A stretch of DNA of 27,056 nucleotides. Origin: Macrostomum lignano. Taxonomy: Eukaryota. The stretch spans positions 1-27,056 of the forward strand of contig NIVC01005069.1 of NCBI GenBank assembly GCA_002269645.1, read 5' to 3'. The position numbers were made by a program, and so were the translations under genes. The notes below the pieces were generated by a model. The model worked only from the letters and a program-made list of their open reading frames with translations, was not told the DNA's origin and searched no databases. This document shows, one piece after another, positions 1 through 12,123 of this stretch. The first letter of the stretch is position 1. Each line of letters starts with the position of its first letter.

Positions 1-159
1 GTCCGTCGGCGAGAACGACGTCGAATGCAGCGCCCTCCGAGAGTGGGTCGGCGAGTTTGAATTTTGAACTGCTGGGTATTCGGTAACTTCTAGCAATTGA
101 TGTGTTTTGTTAGAGGCAGGGGTGGACTTTCAAGCGAAATTGTCCAAATTACATTACAT

Positions 160-326
160 TACTGCCATTCCGCCGACTCCCCTGAGCAGCGCACAGAAGC
201 GCGCGGATACGTACGCAGTCATACGCACATGCACACACTTAGGAATGTCACACAGGAGTGTACAGCGACCCTAACTTTATTTATCGTTATGCATGTACAC
301 TTCCCTGTGCCCTGGGGTTGGCCCTC
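160..326 (+). repeat. Dispersed ~165-bp repeat, copy 1 (unclassified; SINE- or MITE-like)
   Basis: Shares ordered motifs GACTCC..CTGAGCA, AAGCGCG, GTACGCAG, CACACAGG, CATGTACA and the end TGTGCCCTGGGGTTGGCCCTC with the copies at 8970, 19738 and 20495. Confidence 0.7.
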
Positions 327-540
327 AAAGGCCTTAATTGCACGAGCAGAGCCAAGCCGAGCACATCAGAGCGCCGCGCTAGACCGATGTATTATTCGAT
401 GAAATTTTTCTCATGATCATAGCTTACTGAGCACCATATTACGAGTATCCAGTAAAGGTTAGCCACGAAGCCTCTTTTACCGATTTTTTTAGGTCCTTTG
501 AAACTCACCACAGCAATTCGGCCCACTCAAGTCAAGGTTT

Positions 541-722
541 GTGTCTCTTCTCAGCTCTCTTCTCTTCCCCCTTCATCTCATTTCCTCTCCTCTCTTCTCG
601 ACTTTCCCTTCAACTCTCATCCCATCTATCCTTAAATCTACTCTCCCGCCTCTCTTCTCATATCTAATCTATTTTTTCCTCACCTCTCTCCTCTATTCTC
701 TCCTTTCCCCTCTCGTTTGGCC
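541..722. repeat. Polypyrimidine (CT-rich) low-complexity tract
   Basis: About 180 nt dominated by C/T with CTCT/CTCTT motifs; the 63-aa L/S/P/F ORF is a by-product. Confidence 0.75.
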
Positions 723-1761
723 CTTGGACTAAAAAAGATTGCCGAAAAGAATCAAATGTTGGTTTGGATTTTACCGAATATACGTACTCGAAATATGTTG
801 CAATTCTTTTGAACCCATTGATACTATATAAAAACTAGATAGTTCACTTTGAAATTATGTTGGATCTTTGTTAATACTGAAATGGAAATGCTGATAACAA
901 ATTTCTTTAAAAAAGAATAATTAAACATGCTCGTTCAAGCTACTAAATCAAGAGTAGCTTAAATGAGTATTACTATCGGAATGCGAGTGAAATAGCTAGG
1001 GTTTTGGTATCTTTTAATTAGTAGGAAATTTACTTACTACACGTATTTATATCGATAAGCTGCTTTTATTCCCAATATAAATAAAATCATATTTTTATTA
1101 TCCAGCAACTTTGGTCTCAATGTTTCTCTTTCAACGTCTTTCAGTCACTAATAGGATATTTTGTTGCTCCTATAAATTTTACTAATGAATAATGAGGTGT
1201 CGGTAATGCAATAAAAGTTTTCATGCGTTGAGCGCTTTTAATAAGCACAGTAAGTTTTTAGGTTTTCTAATCCTTCAAGTGCGAGCGAGTACTTATTGAC
1301 AGACTGAGTCTCCATGCACGTATGCTCAATTGTGCTTATTATTGATTGACTATAACACGAACATTAAACTTGAACATGTCAATAAACAATAGTCCTCTGA
1401 ATGTATCAATATAATGTGTTTTACTTGTGATTTTCGCATTGGAAATTTGTTTTTTGTAAATATTATACTTATATTTACTCGAATATTCCATTCTTTGTAT
1501 ATACGCATTTTAATACATGAGCATGTACTTGGTAACTGGCTGACCGAACTATAATGTCTAAAGTTCTCATAGTTTGCTTGCATAATTTATCGAACAGGAT
1601 TTATTTTGTTATAGTGCTGTTGCTACTCATTGCACACGTTTGCTCCAAGGACAACTTAAGTAACTTCAGTTGTCCTTGGTTTGCTCTTAGAATCCTCTTG
1701 CTAGTTAACTAAGTTTGTAGGTATAGACGGAGAGCTTCGGGCACTGCCGCAACTCACGGAG

Positions 1762-1817
1762 TCACACAGAGGCAGCATGACACATGTACACTCTCTGTAC
1801 CTTGGGCATCGGCCCTC
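1762..1817 (+). repeat. Dispersed repeat, copy 2 (short, diverged fragment)
   Basis: CACACAG...CATGTACACTCTCTGTACCTTGGGCATCGGCCCTC resembles the end of copy 1 (CATGTACACTTCCCTGTGCCCTGGGGTTGGCCCTC). Confidence 0.5.
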
Positions 1818-2169
1818 ATGTGATTGAATCGCACACGACAAACACGAAATTAGCCCATAAATATGGAATGACACGGAAGAATACAAGTTTAAAAAAGGAA
1901 AATAGCTGTTAATCGTTGATATACCAAATTAAACTTGAAAATGACAACTCATATATTATCAAATATTGCAGTGTGCTAATCTACCTTTACCTTCACGATA
2001 GTTCAGAAAAGGTCTCTATTGATTCTATTGGTAATAATTTTCATTTCTAGCGCTAAACTAGAATTCAATATTGACAGCCAGCAATGCTCAAAATGTTTCT
2101 CTGGATCAAAGCTCAGCGTATGGCGCTTGAGAAAATGTCGTATTAAATAAATGGTTTTGTTCGCGCTGA

Positions 2170-5117
2170 TCAACCGCAGTAGGCAGCTATTGCCGCTTCG
2201 ATCTCGGCCGGTGACAGGGCCGCAGCGGCTGCGCCGAAGCAGCCGATGACGCCGCCGAAGCCGCCGCCATTAGGCGGTGCAGCGCCAAGCCAGAGACGCG
2301 GCCGGTCGGTGGGCAGCGCGGCGGCCGGACTAGCGGAAGCCACGGTCGCGTCGGCGTCGAAGCCAGCAGTCAGCGGCCTGCCGTCGAGCACAAGCGCGCC
2401 AATCGGGCTGATCACAGCGACGCTATGCCAGGCTCCTGGCAGTATAGCCGAGGTCAGCGCCGTGTAGCTGGCAACGGATTTGAGGTCTCCAAACTTCGGT
2501 GCTGCAGACGAGCGTTCCGATGCAAGCACCGAGGCCAGGCGGCCGGCCCCGACCGACAGCTGGACGAGTCGACGGCTGCCGGAGTTCCAGAAGGTCATCA
2601 GGGGCCGAGGCAGCGGGCTGGCGGTTTCCGTCAGCTTGAACTTGGCGAAAAAGGTCCAATCTGTGTCTTCCTCGTCCATTAGATCTATAAATGGTTAAGT
2701 AAAATGTGGTACAACTTTTAACAAACGGCTAACTACAATAGTTTTCAGAACTTTAAAAAGCATTGGTATGCCGTTGGACGGGACACATGTTACAAGCCAT
2801 GTGACCACACAGAAATAATAGCGGTGTGAAAGAGTCTCAGGTCGCCAAATCTTACCGCTCATCTCTCCGCCAGTCTCATCCGTTACAACCAGACCGGCGT
2901 TTACCAGCTCAGAGAATCTGGCACCGTCCGATCCCAGCAGTCCAACAGCCGCAGATTTGGGCTTCGGTCGGGCCCGCAGGCGTCGACTATCCAGCAAGCT
3001 GTGCGTCCGGCCGCCCGCCAGGCTGTACACCGCTCGCAGGGCCAATCGGTGCCGCAGTGGCTCGGTCGCCGACAGTCCTCGCAGTTGCTCCAGCAACTTG
3101 GTCAAGTTTGCAAGCAGCGCGGACGTCGTCGAGGCCGATGGCGGCAGTCGATCACAGGCGGCACGGGCCCGGCGCAGAGCGGCGGTCAGAGCCGGCGAGT
3201 AGCGGCCCTTCTCCAGACGGGACACATCGCAAGCTAGTCCGGACAGGTTCGAAGCTACAGAGTTCAACTCCCGAGCCAGCGTCCCCTGCGTCGGGGGCTG
3301 CCATCGTCGGCAGTCGCTGCCGGTCACGCCGCCGCCGATGTTGATCCCATCGTCCGGCGGCACCGGCAGGACGGAGCTCTCGGTGATGTTGGTGGCGTTA
3401 GCATCACCAGCGATTTCGTCGGGACCGGCGTCTATGCTGAGGCTGCTCAGGCAGATGCTGCAGGGCACGCTCATATCCGGGTCGTCGATGAGACGCTTCT
3501 CAAAAAGCGAGCGGGACTCGCTACCAGGCGGTGATTTGAACTCCACCTGACAAACCAAAGGGTGCCGTCAGCTTTATAGTACTTCAGAGGCTATGATAAA
3601 GAGCCCAGCTCCTCCCCCATTAAGTCGTTACCTTCAGCGGGAAGCGATCGAGTCTCGACGGTGCGCCAGTGATTTTAACGGAGCGCCTGTCGGTGTCGCG
3701 TAGGTCCATGACGCAGGTCAGCTTAGACAGCAGCAGGTGCCGCACCTGGTTTGGAGCAATTGGCAGTCCGTATTTTAGCACGGCTCGTTTGGCTAGCAGT
3801 TCCGAGTCCTCCTTGGTCTTCAGCTGCATCATCATGTAGAAGCCGGTGTCAGTGAAGTGGAACACCTTCTTGCTGGTATTGAACCCCGTGGCAGACAGAG
3901 CTTCGGACTTGATTATGCGAGGATCGCCAACCGTTGCCCATAGCAACTGGGGCGCGATATCAGACCTAGGGGAGTATGTATTGGTCTAGGAAGTAGAATC
4001 CTTGATCTTGTAAGACTTGAAGGACTATAACAAATTTAAACATAACTGCCGTCAATCATGAAAGATTTTACAATGGAGCCCAGTAAATCGATCCCAGTTA
4101 GAGGATTTTTCAAGAAAGCTTGAGAGGTACAAGCGTACCAGCGTGTTTGCAAATTGTCTATCTAGATATTTCTCTGTCCGTGCATGAAGTCTGGTAGTGC
4201 ACCCGCTAGGCTTGAGGTTTGACATCACCGCTATCAAATGAATTGTATGAAAAGACGTTTTGCTTTAATCTTCTATCATCTGTCGCGAGTAATAGCAAAA
4301 GCATTGAATCAAGTAAAAACGAACAACAGGCCAGTGTACTTCGAAAGAAGCAGGATTGGAAAGGGTCAGAGTGTCTTCTCTGCATCTTTCATTCTATCTA
4401 TTCAACTCAATGGATGAGATCGTCTTTCTTTCAGTTCTCACTCTCTTCTGCGTACTGTTGTCAGGCAGCGGCTACGGGTCAGGGGCCTCAGTGGCGCGAT
4501 TTTCTCGTCTCATCCAAGGCACACAAGCAGTGGGCTCTTGCCGCAGCACTTCATTGTCAAATTTTTGCAGTTAGCGTATCATTCATATCATATCTACTGA
4601 TTTTTATAGCTAAACAAGCGCAGTTATGAGTTGTAGAAAAGGCAGAGTAATTAGAATGGAGCGAAGTCTAGGGGAGTGCATTGCAGTTGAGACCAGGACC
4701 TTAGATTTGCTCAATGCAATAATTGGCCGTATGAATAAAGTGAGCAATAACTGGCGAGTTTCACATCAAACTCTGAGATTGAGCAAGAGCTCGAGCTCGA
4801 GCAACTTCTCTGATGTTCTTATGAATAAAGAAATTTCTCAAATGTGGAGCATTTGCTCCTCATTCTGAGTAACTGCTTGGCACCTCTTGGCCATAGACGA
4901 AGAGAAAGCGGTCCCCGGCATCTACCATTTACCTGTTAGTAGCCAACAAAGCCTCATTGGTCGTGGCCCTGTAGCCTTTGATAGTGACCTCGCCGTCCTT
5001 TGTCCGTTTAGTCGCTATTAGGTCGGGCAGGCCCAGCTCAAAGTGCACAGCCAGGCTGGCTAGAGGGCCGCTAAGCAGGAGCAGCAGAGGTAAAACAGCT
5101 GTGGTTTTAATGGCCAT
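2170..5117 (-). CDS. Secreted protein, ~574 aa: signal peptide, unrecognised N-terminal domain, helical linker, C-terminal LamG/concanavalin-A-like domain
   Basis: Four exons with consistent phases and GT-AG sites: 5117-4933 (phase 2, AG|gtaaat), 3965-3632 (cctag|G; AAG|gtaacg), 3546-2856 (gtcag|GTG; G|gtaaga), 2684-2170 (tatag|AT; TGA). Total 1725 nt with no frameshift. Signal-like start MAIKTTAVLPLLLLLSGPLASLA. The last exon has LamG-like strands (WTFFAKFK, AWHSVAV, LVLDG, LWLG, GFGGVIG). Extra exons in intron 1 are not excluded. Confidence 0.8.
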
Positions 5118-6408
5118 TGCACACCTGCCGTTTTCCTCCTGCCTCTGTTGCTGGTCAACATTTTTACTTTATCACTTTTCGCACCGAGTTTCAATGGCGA
5201 TTTTAACTGTACTTGGCATCGTGACAGACCGGAAGTTAAAAATGTGCATTAATCGCGAGCCTTAATCAGCTTTCCATCGACAAACAAGCATGCATCTTCT
5301 ATATGCATATGTACAACTTTACAGTTCTTAGAACTTCATGGAGTTTTACGAGTATCACGTTTTGGCCCTCCACACTTGCGTCACGCGCTTCACTCATTTT
5401 AGCTTCGCTTCAGGCGCATAATGTTGTTTAGCATTTGGTAAATATCGTTTGACGCAAATGAACAGCAAGGCTTCCAAGTTTTATGCATTGTATCCGAAAA
5501 ACAACTCGAATGGGTATAGCGCCACTTGAGCTGCAGTAGATGACAGTTTTGAGTACTTATTTATTCTTTCGGAAAAACCCACGCAGCTCAGCAACATCTT
5601 CTGTCCGAGGGCTTAGAAATTCAATGCGTAGAGAGACCCTAGATGTAATCTAGGCATTCTTGGCAGCAAGAGTGCGTCTGATTTAACTATAGTGCTGGCA
5701 AATAACAAGCATTTTTTCTAGTCTCAGTGAGCCGTTTCGGCAGTGCAATGTTGTAATGATGCTTCATACTGAAGTATACTGTCTAAAATTTTCCATACGT
5801 GGAATTTTTCGTTTTCAAATAAGGCGCGCAATCTTACTTTGTGAGCATAAAAGCACCAATCCAGTCTCTACGAGTACGAGCTACGAGTATAAGCAAGATT
5901 TCTGCTTTGGGCTAAACAGAAAAGTAGCGAAAGAGCAACACACACCCCATCCCAGCAAGCTAGATGAGCAAGGCTTCTAGCTGAAGCATATAAAATACAT
6001 TAAACTACTGATGAAGACTTGTGGGCCCTGCTGTTACTCGTAATTGTCAGTTTGTCACTTAAGTCACACCAGTCGCTTTTTTTTAATTTATACATTAAGC
6101 TTTACGAAACGATATCAAATTTCCATGCAATTTCACAGTGTACTTTGTACGAGTTTCTGAGATCAAAACATTAAATTCTTTGTTTTAACTCATTCCTCTC
6201 GAATCTCGAAGGAAATTTTCATTATCATTTATTTCTCCAAGGACTACTAAAAAGTTCCATTTGGCTTCTTTAATTTGTTGTCGCTAAAAGTTTCGTTTAT
6301 CCTTTCTCTATTCTATTTCTATTTTTCTATTTCTTTTCTATTCTATTTCTAAAAAAATCTTAATACTATCAAGTATGCTCGTAATATTGATAACAGACAC
6401 TATTTTGT

Positions 6409-8300
6409 ATCGCCAGGGGCGCCATCGCTACACAAGGGACGCGATTGCTATCCAAAGGGTGCCGTCGCTATTCAAGGGACGCGATTGCTATCCAAAGGGT
6501 GCCGTCGCTATTCAAGGGACGCGATTGCTATCCAAAGGGTGCCGTCGCTTTTCAGGGGGCGCGATTGCTATCCAAAGGGTGCCGTCGCTATTCAGGGGAC
6601 GCGATTGCTATCCAAAGGGTGCCGTCGCTATTCAAGGGACGCGATTGCTATCCAAAGGGTGCCGTCGCTATTCAAGGGACGCGATTGCTATCCAAAGGGT
6701 GCCGTCGCTTTTCAGGGGGCGCGATTGCTATCCAAAGGGTGCCGTCGCTATTCAGGGGACGCGATTGCTATCCAAAGGGTGCCGTCGCTATTCAAGGGAC
6801 GCGATTGCTATCCAAAGGGTGCCGTCGCTATTCAAGGGACGCGATTGCTATCCAAAGGGTGCCGTCGCTATTCAAGGGACGCGATTGCTATCCAAAGGGT
6901 GCCGTCGCTATTCAAGGGACGCGATTGCTATCCAAAGGGTGCCGTCGCTATTCAAGGGACGCGATTGCTATCCAAAGGGTGCCGTCGCTATTCAAGGGAC
7001 GCGATTGCTATCCAAAGGGTGCCGTCGCTATTCAAGGGACGCGATTGCTATCCAAAGGGTGCCGTCGCTATTCAAGGGACGCGATTGCTATCCAAAGGGT
7101 GCCGTCGCTATTCAAGGGACGCGATTGCTATCCAAAGGGTGCCGTCGCTATTCAAGGGACGCGATTGCTATCCAAAGGGTGCCGTCGCTATTCAAGGGAC
7201 GCGATTGCTATCCAAAGGGTGCCGTCGCTATTCAAGGGACGCGATTGCTATCCAAAGGGTGCCGTCGCTATTCAAGGGACGCGATTGCTATCCAAAGGGT
7301 GCCGTCGCTTTTCAGGGGGCGCGATAGCTATCCAAAGGGTGCCGTCGCTATTCAAGGGATGCGATTGCTATCCAAAGGGTGCCGTCGCTATTCAAGGGAC
7401 GCTATCCAAAGGGTGCCGTCGCTATTCAAGGGACGCGATTGCTATCCAAAGGGTGCCGTCGCTATTCAAGGGACGCGATTGCTATCCAAAGGGTGCCGTC
7501 GCTATTCAAGGGACGCGATTGCTATCCAAAGGGTGCCGTCGCTATTCAGGGGACGCGATTGCTATCCAAAGGGTGCCGTCGCTATTCAAGGGACGCGATT
7601 GCTATCCAAAGGGTGCCGTCGCTATTCAAGGGACGCGATTGCTATCCAAAGGGTGCCGTCGCTATTCAAGGGACGCGATTGCTATCCAAAGGGTGCCGTC
7701 GCTATTCAAGGGACGCGATTGCTATCCAAAGGGTGCCGTCGCTATTCAAGGGACGCGATTGCTATCCAAAGGGTGCCGTCGCTATTCAAGGGACGCGATT
7801 GCTATCCAAAGGGTGCCGTCGCTATTCAAGGGACGCGATTGCTATCCAAAGGGTGCCGTCGCTATTCAAGGGACGCGATTGCTATCCAAAGGGTGCCGTC
7901 GCTATTCAAGGGACGCGATTGCTATCCAAAGGGTGCCGTCGCTATTCAAGGGACGCGATTGCTATCCAAAGGGTGCCGTCGCTATTCAAGGGACGCGATT
8001 GCTATCCAAAGGGTGCCGTCGCTATTCAAGGGACGCGATTGCTATCCAAAGGGTGCCGTCGCTATTCAAGGGACGCGATTGCTATCCAAAGGGTGCCGTC
8101 GCTTTTCAGGGGGCGCGATAGCTATCCAAAGGGTGCCGTCGCTATTCAAGGGATGCGATTGCTATCCAAAGGGTGCCGTCGCTATTCAAGGGACGCTATC
8201 CAAAGGGTGCCGTCGCTATTCAAGGGACGCTATCCAAAGGGTGCCGTCGCTATTCAAGGGACGCTATCCAAAGGGTGCCGTCGCTATTCAAGAGGGCGCC
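6409..8300. repeat. 40-bp tandem minisatellite, ~47 units
   Basis: Unit GCGATTGCTATCCAAAGGGTGCCGTCGCTATTCAAGGGAC, made of two related 20-mers (13/20 identical). Variants include CTTTTCAGGGGGC, TTCAGGGGAC and 34-bp units lacking GCGATT. Confidence 0.98.
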
Positions 8301-8969
8301 AGCCCAGAAGCACCTTTCTAGGTTTTCCTTATTGCTTTGGTGAATTTAGTAACATATTAGAGATAGAAATACTCAACAGGTGAGCAGCAGAGCTCTCAGA
8401 CTAAATAAACATATGGCAGAATACAAAAATGAAGACCTTTTCTATTAAAAATACAACAGTGACAGGATCGGGAATTTTCAATAAGCCAGACAAAGTTAAT
8501 TAAAATAACTCACTGAAAGAAAAAGAGGGTAACGACAGTCGTGCTTGTAGAAGCAATGAAGGATTGATATCCAGAGCTTTTACGAGCAATTCTATGTGGG
8601 TAACCAGCTGTGTGCTTTAAAATACAACTCCTTGCTCAGTAAAAGTATTAGAAGTATTATCCCTTAATTTCCCAGATCCGCTATAGTTTTAACAAAGGCA
8701 GTTAACAAAATTACTGCTGCATGAGCATCAGAACGTGAATAAATAGCAATAGAAGTTTCAGTTAGCAAAGTTAAAAATATTAATGTCATTACGCTCGTAA
8801 AAAAGATTAAAACACAGACATATATTCTTTGCATATTACTGCGAACAACTGTCGCTGCAGATAAGTTACAGCATTGGAGCAGAGCAGCCTATCGGTTAAC
8901 AGTCCTAGTCCTAGCTCTAAAGCCACACCAAATTGGCCCAGGGCTTTTTGTCGCGCGAATCACAACCAC

Positions 8970-9075
8970 GAGGGCCAAACCCCAGGGCACAAGACTGTAC
9001 ATGCCTGATGATGAGAAAGTCAGGACCGCTGTAAACCCTGTGTGAGAGTGTGTGAGTGCTTTCCTGATCGCGTAT
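8970..9075 (-). repeat. Dispersed repeat, copy 3
   Basis: Reverse complement reads GCACTCACACACTCTCACACAGGGTTTACAGCGGTCCTGACTTTCTC...GCATGTACAGTCTTGTGCCCTGGGGTTTGGCCCTC, colinear with copies 1 and 5. Confidence 0.75.
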
Positions 9076-9602
9076 GCATTTTGCCCAGCGCAGATATCAT
9101 TCCATTATACTGTTCCGCCTATAATAATAATTGTGGTAGAGCAGTCACATGACGAAATTTGTATACAGGGTAGATTTACACATTGGGAAATAATGGTGAA
9201 AAATACTTGCTATCTTGTCTGGGTGAAAGTACGTATTATACAATGCTGGTTTGGGACAATGTCTTCGAAGGCGTCGCCCTCGTGCAAATATTATTAATGA
9301 GATACATAAAAAGAAATAAGTTTTTAATCAGCGGATTAGTGCGGATTTAAAAAAGCCTTACCACGAATAAACAAAGATATTTATAAGTAATAATGTGAGG
9401 GGCTATACAGAGCTGAGCAGGAAAACGTTGACTCGATCTGTACTTTCTGTAGATTTATGTAGATTAGGGCCTAATTCAGCCTACTGGAAAGAAAAATATA
9501 AGCATAAGTTGTTATACTAATGTATATTATTTATAATAAGGCGCGCAGTATATTTTCAAATAGGAGATTTATGCTGACCAATTATGTCCACAAGCCTGAG
9601 TG

Positions 9603-12123
9603 TTACTGGCCTTCCGATGTTTGTTTGGCTTTCTGGAAAAATGCGAAATTATTACATTTAGTCAGTGTTACCATTTTTTTCGCAAGAATATATCAAATAC
9701 TTCGAATAATCCTTTGCTCACCTTTATGGTAGGAGCAGATTCAGGAGTATTTTCTGGGTTAGTACAGAAGCACGCCAAGTAATCTTGAATATGCTTTCTG
9801 ATAGCGAAACTCCTGGGAATGTAAGTTGGCTGAAAGCTTTGCATGGCAGCCCTGACATCGAAGAATATATGGCCACCGACGAAGATCCCTTGGTAGACTT
9901 TTCCATCACGAGCTCCTTTTTTGACTTTCTCGAAAAGCTCTTTCTTCCTTTCATCACAACTACACACCATTGTTTTGAATATGTCACATTCATTGACTCC
10001 TGTCGTCTGCATGCCACTCGAGCACCAAAACTGCACTCTTTGCTCCTTGCAGCGTTTCCCGTCGCAGTTGTAAATTATTGCTGTCAGCACTCTTCCCTCC
10101 GTCGGTTGCACGGCTGGCACTTTTCAGCTAAGCCTTGAAGCATTACTGAACTTGATGCGGGGCTCGAGTCCATGGAGCTATCGCCGCGCGAGTAGTGTAA
10201 GATGTCGCTCTGCCTGTCCGAGTAAGTTTTCACCGACACTAGTAGTTTATTGCCATCCGATTCCGATTCATGCAGCGAGAAATCATACTGTATCTCGATT
10301 TGCTTATATAGTTGTATCTGAAGCCGATCGGAGCCGTATTTTCATTTCCTGTGTCATCACTATATGGGAAACGCTCATGGCAGCACATCTTGATGAGGCA
10401 CAGATACTCGCTCAGTAGTGTTTCTGGGTTGAGTTTTGCCTTTTTATTACGGCTAGATACTTCAGAAACTTTTCGCTTCATAGCAAAGAACTCCACCAGG
10501 CATGGAATTTCAATGCATGCATTGGCTTTCACAACTGAATCAAGTGAGCCAGCTGCGTCACAAAGGGTCAGGTAGAGAAGCGCATTGTGCACAGGCTCGT
10601 TTTCAGTGCCCGCGACGGCTCCAAGAAAATTTTTCCCAATTCTGCATCTGGATCAACAAAAATTTCCCAGGACTCCTCCTTCGGTGATTTTGATACTCGG
10701 TGTTTAGATGTGCGATTTGGTCCTGGCTGTGTTTCTGAACTCGGTTCGCAGGCAAAGCGCAGTAACTCATAGATGCAGTCTGAGTAGCGGTCCTTGCCTT
10801 CTAAGTTCAGCCCACTGTAGCATAGTGTTGTCAGCAGAGCCAGCCGCAGCCTCAGCCGATGCAGCTGACTCGGCAGCAGGCTCTTTCTGATGCTCACTTC
10901 TTTGGTTAACTTTGTCAAGAAGAATTCGGCGATCCAGTTTTGGAGTTCCTCAGCCTGAAAATATTTACAAATTCATGGATTTCCACATGCACAGAAAATT
11001 TTATTCCACCTGAACTCATGAACCTTCTGCACTGCAGTGAAGCTGAGCACTTACCTGTTTATTAGGTTCCGTGTGTTCTTCGTTGTAGCTGAAACGTTAA
11101 GATATCAAATTTTCAGTATGCATGATCTCTTAATTGCATTCTAATTTTCAGTATGACAGCAATCGCTGTGTTGCATTTATAAATCAGACTTACCTGAAGA
11201 AACAAAGTGTAGCAGCGCAGGGAATGAGAACGAACTGAACAATTTCTGTTTGATCCTGTCGATTGATTTTCCTTGCTCTTGTCATCAAGAAGTTTCACAA
11301 CTTCAATTAAAGGTGCTCCATAAAGCTGCTCAGCGGGCAGCTGGTGTATTTTTAGTGATTCGGAGTAGAGATGCTCTTCGGTCGTTCTTTATAGGTTTTA
11401 GCTAAATCGATATAGGTGTCCGTCTCGTCATAGAGCAAGCAACCGGCCTTTTGTCCAGAGCAGGCACTTTTTTAGGTATTGCTCTGCTGCACTCAATCAT
11501 GGTACCAAAGGTCAAGAAATTCCCGTGATTTACCTTCTGTGGGTCATTCGACTGCATGAGCTTTGCACAGAGCAGGCCAAACCAGGCCAAAAACTTCTTC
11601 ATTTTTTCACCATTTTTTCCAGAGAAAATGTCGACAATAGTGTTTTGTTTGCAATTTATCACAATTTCCTTACATTTTCCTGTGTAAAAAAGCCGCAACG
11701 CCAAGTTGCACAGATCGTTGAGCAAAACGGTGGTCTTGGCTCGGTCTTTTTCACTTGTCCTGTCGTAGTTATTTACACTCAGTGTATATATGCATAGTGG
11801 ATGGAGGGGAGCCATCCAGTGAGTCGCGAAAGTTTTAGATTTAGATCCTGGGAGAAAGTTTGCTTAATCTTCTCTTTAGTTTTGCATTGTTTGGCCTTAC
11901 CATTTTCAGGAGGCTCGCAAGCAATAATAATGATCTTGTCGTCAGCAGCTCCTTGATCGAAGGAAACTTTCAATGGATCAGCTTTAATTCCGGTAGCATT
12001 CCTTGTTCGGTTACACACTGCACCATTTCCGAGTGCTAGCAGTGATCGAATTCTCAATTCTTGGGCTCTCCGTATCTGTTCTGAGGCTCTTTTGCTGTCA
12101 GCAACTTCTTTTGATTCAGCCAT
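9603..12123 (-). CDS. Unidentified multi-exon protein-coding gene (~700 aa if reconstructed) with several apparent frameshifts
   Basis: ORF fragments join through canonical introns: a 53-nt intron 11900-11848 links ...CEPPEN|GSKSKTFATHWMAPLHP in phase; further donors at DPQK|gtaaat, TTCAG|gtaagt, AAACAG|gtaagt and TIK|gtgagc (9721); acceptors tttcag|CTAC, ttttcag|GCTGAG and tttttccag|AAAGCC; terminal exon 9632-9603 (KAKQTSEGQ*). About 6 frame switches are needed within exons. Start codon uncertain; no family recognised. Confidence 0.6.

Noticed and set aside
1-66. Possible 3' end of an upstream CDS (SVGENDVECSALREWVGEFEF*)
   Set aside because: GC-rich and plausible but only ~21 codons with no recognisable motif.
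2246-3550. Plus-strand ORFs of 70-172 aa
   Set aside because: Antisense shadows of GC-rich exons of the minus-strand gene; no independent motifs.
3966-4932. ORFs in intron 1 of the secreted-protein gene (4052-4237, 4219-4629, 4626-4868)
   Set aside because: No recognisable motifs, and exons 1 and 2 already join in phase; possibly decayed repeat sequence.
6409-8300. CRISPR array
   Set aside because: Units are contiguous and near-identical with no unique spacers; the context is eukaryotic with no cas genes. The same applies to the 49-bp and 23-bp arrays.
6445-8383. Additional long ORFs (558, 280, 334 aa) as genes
   Set aside because: They are frame permutations of a stop-free 40-bp unit.
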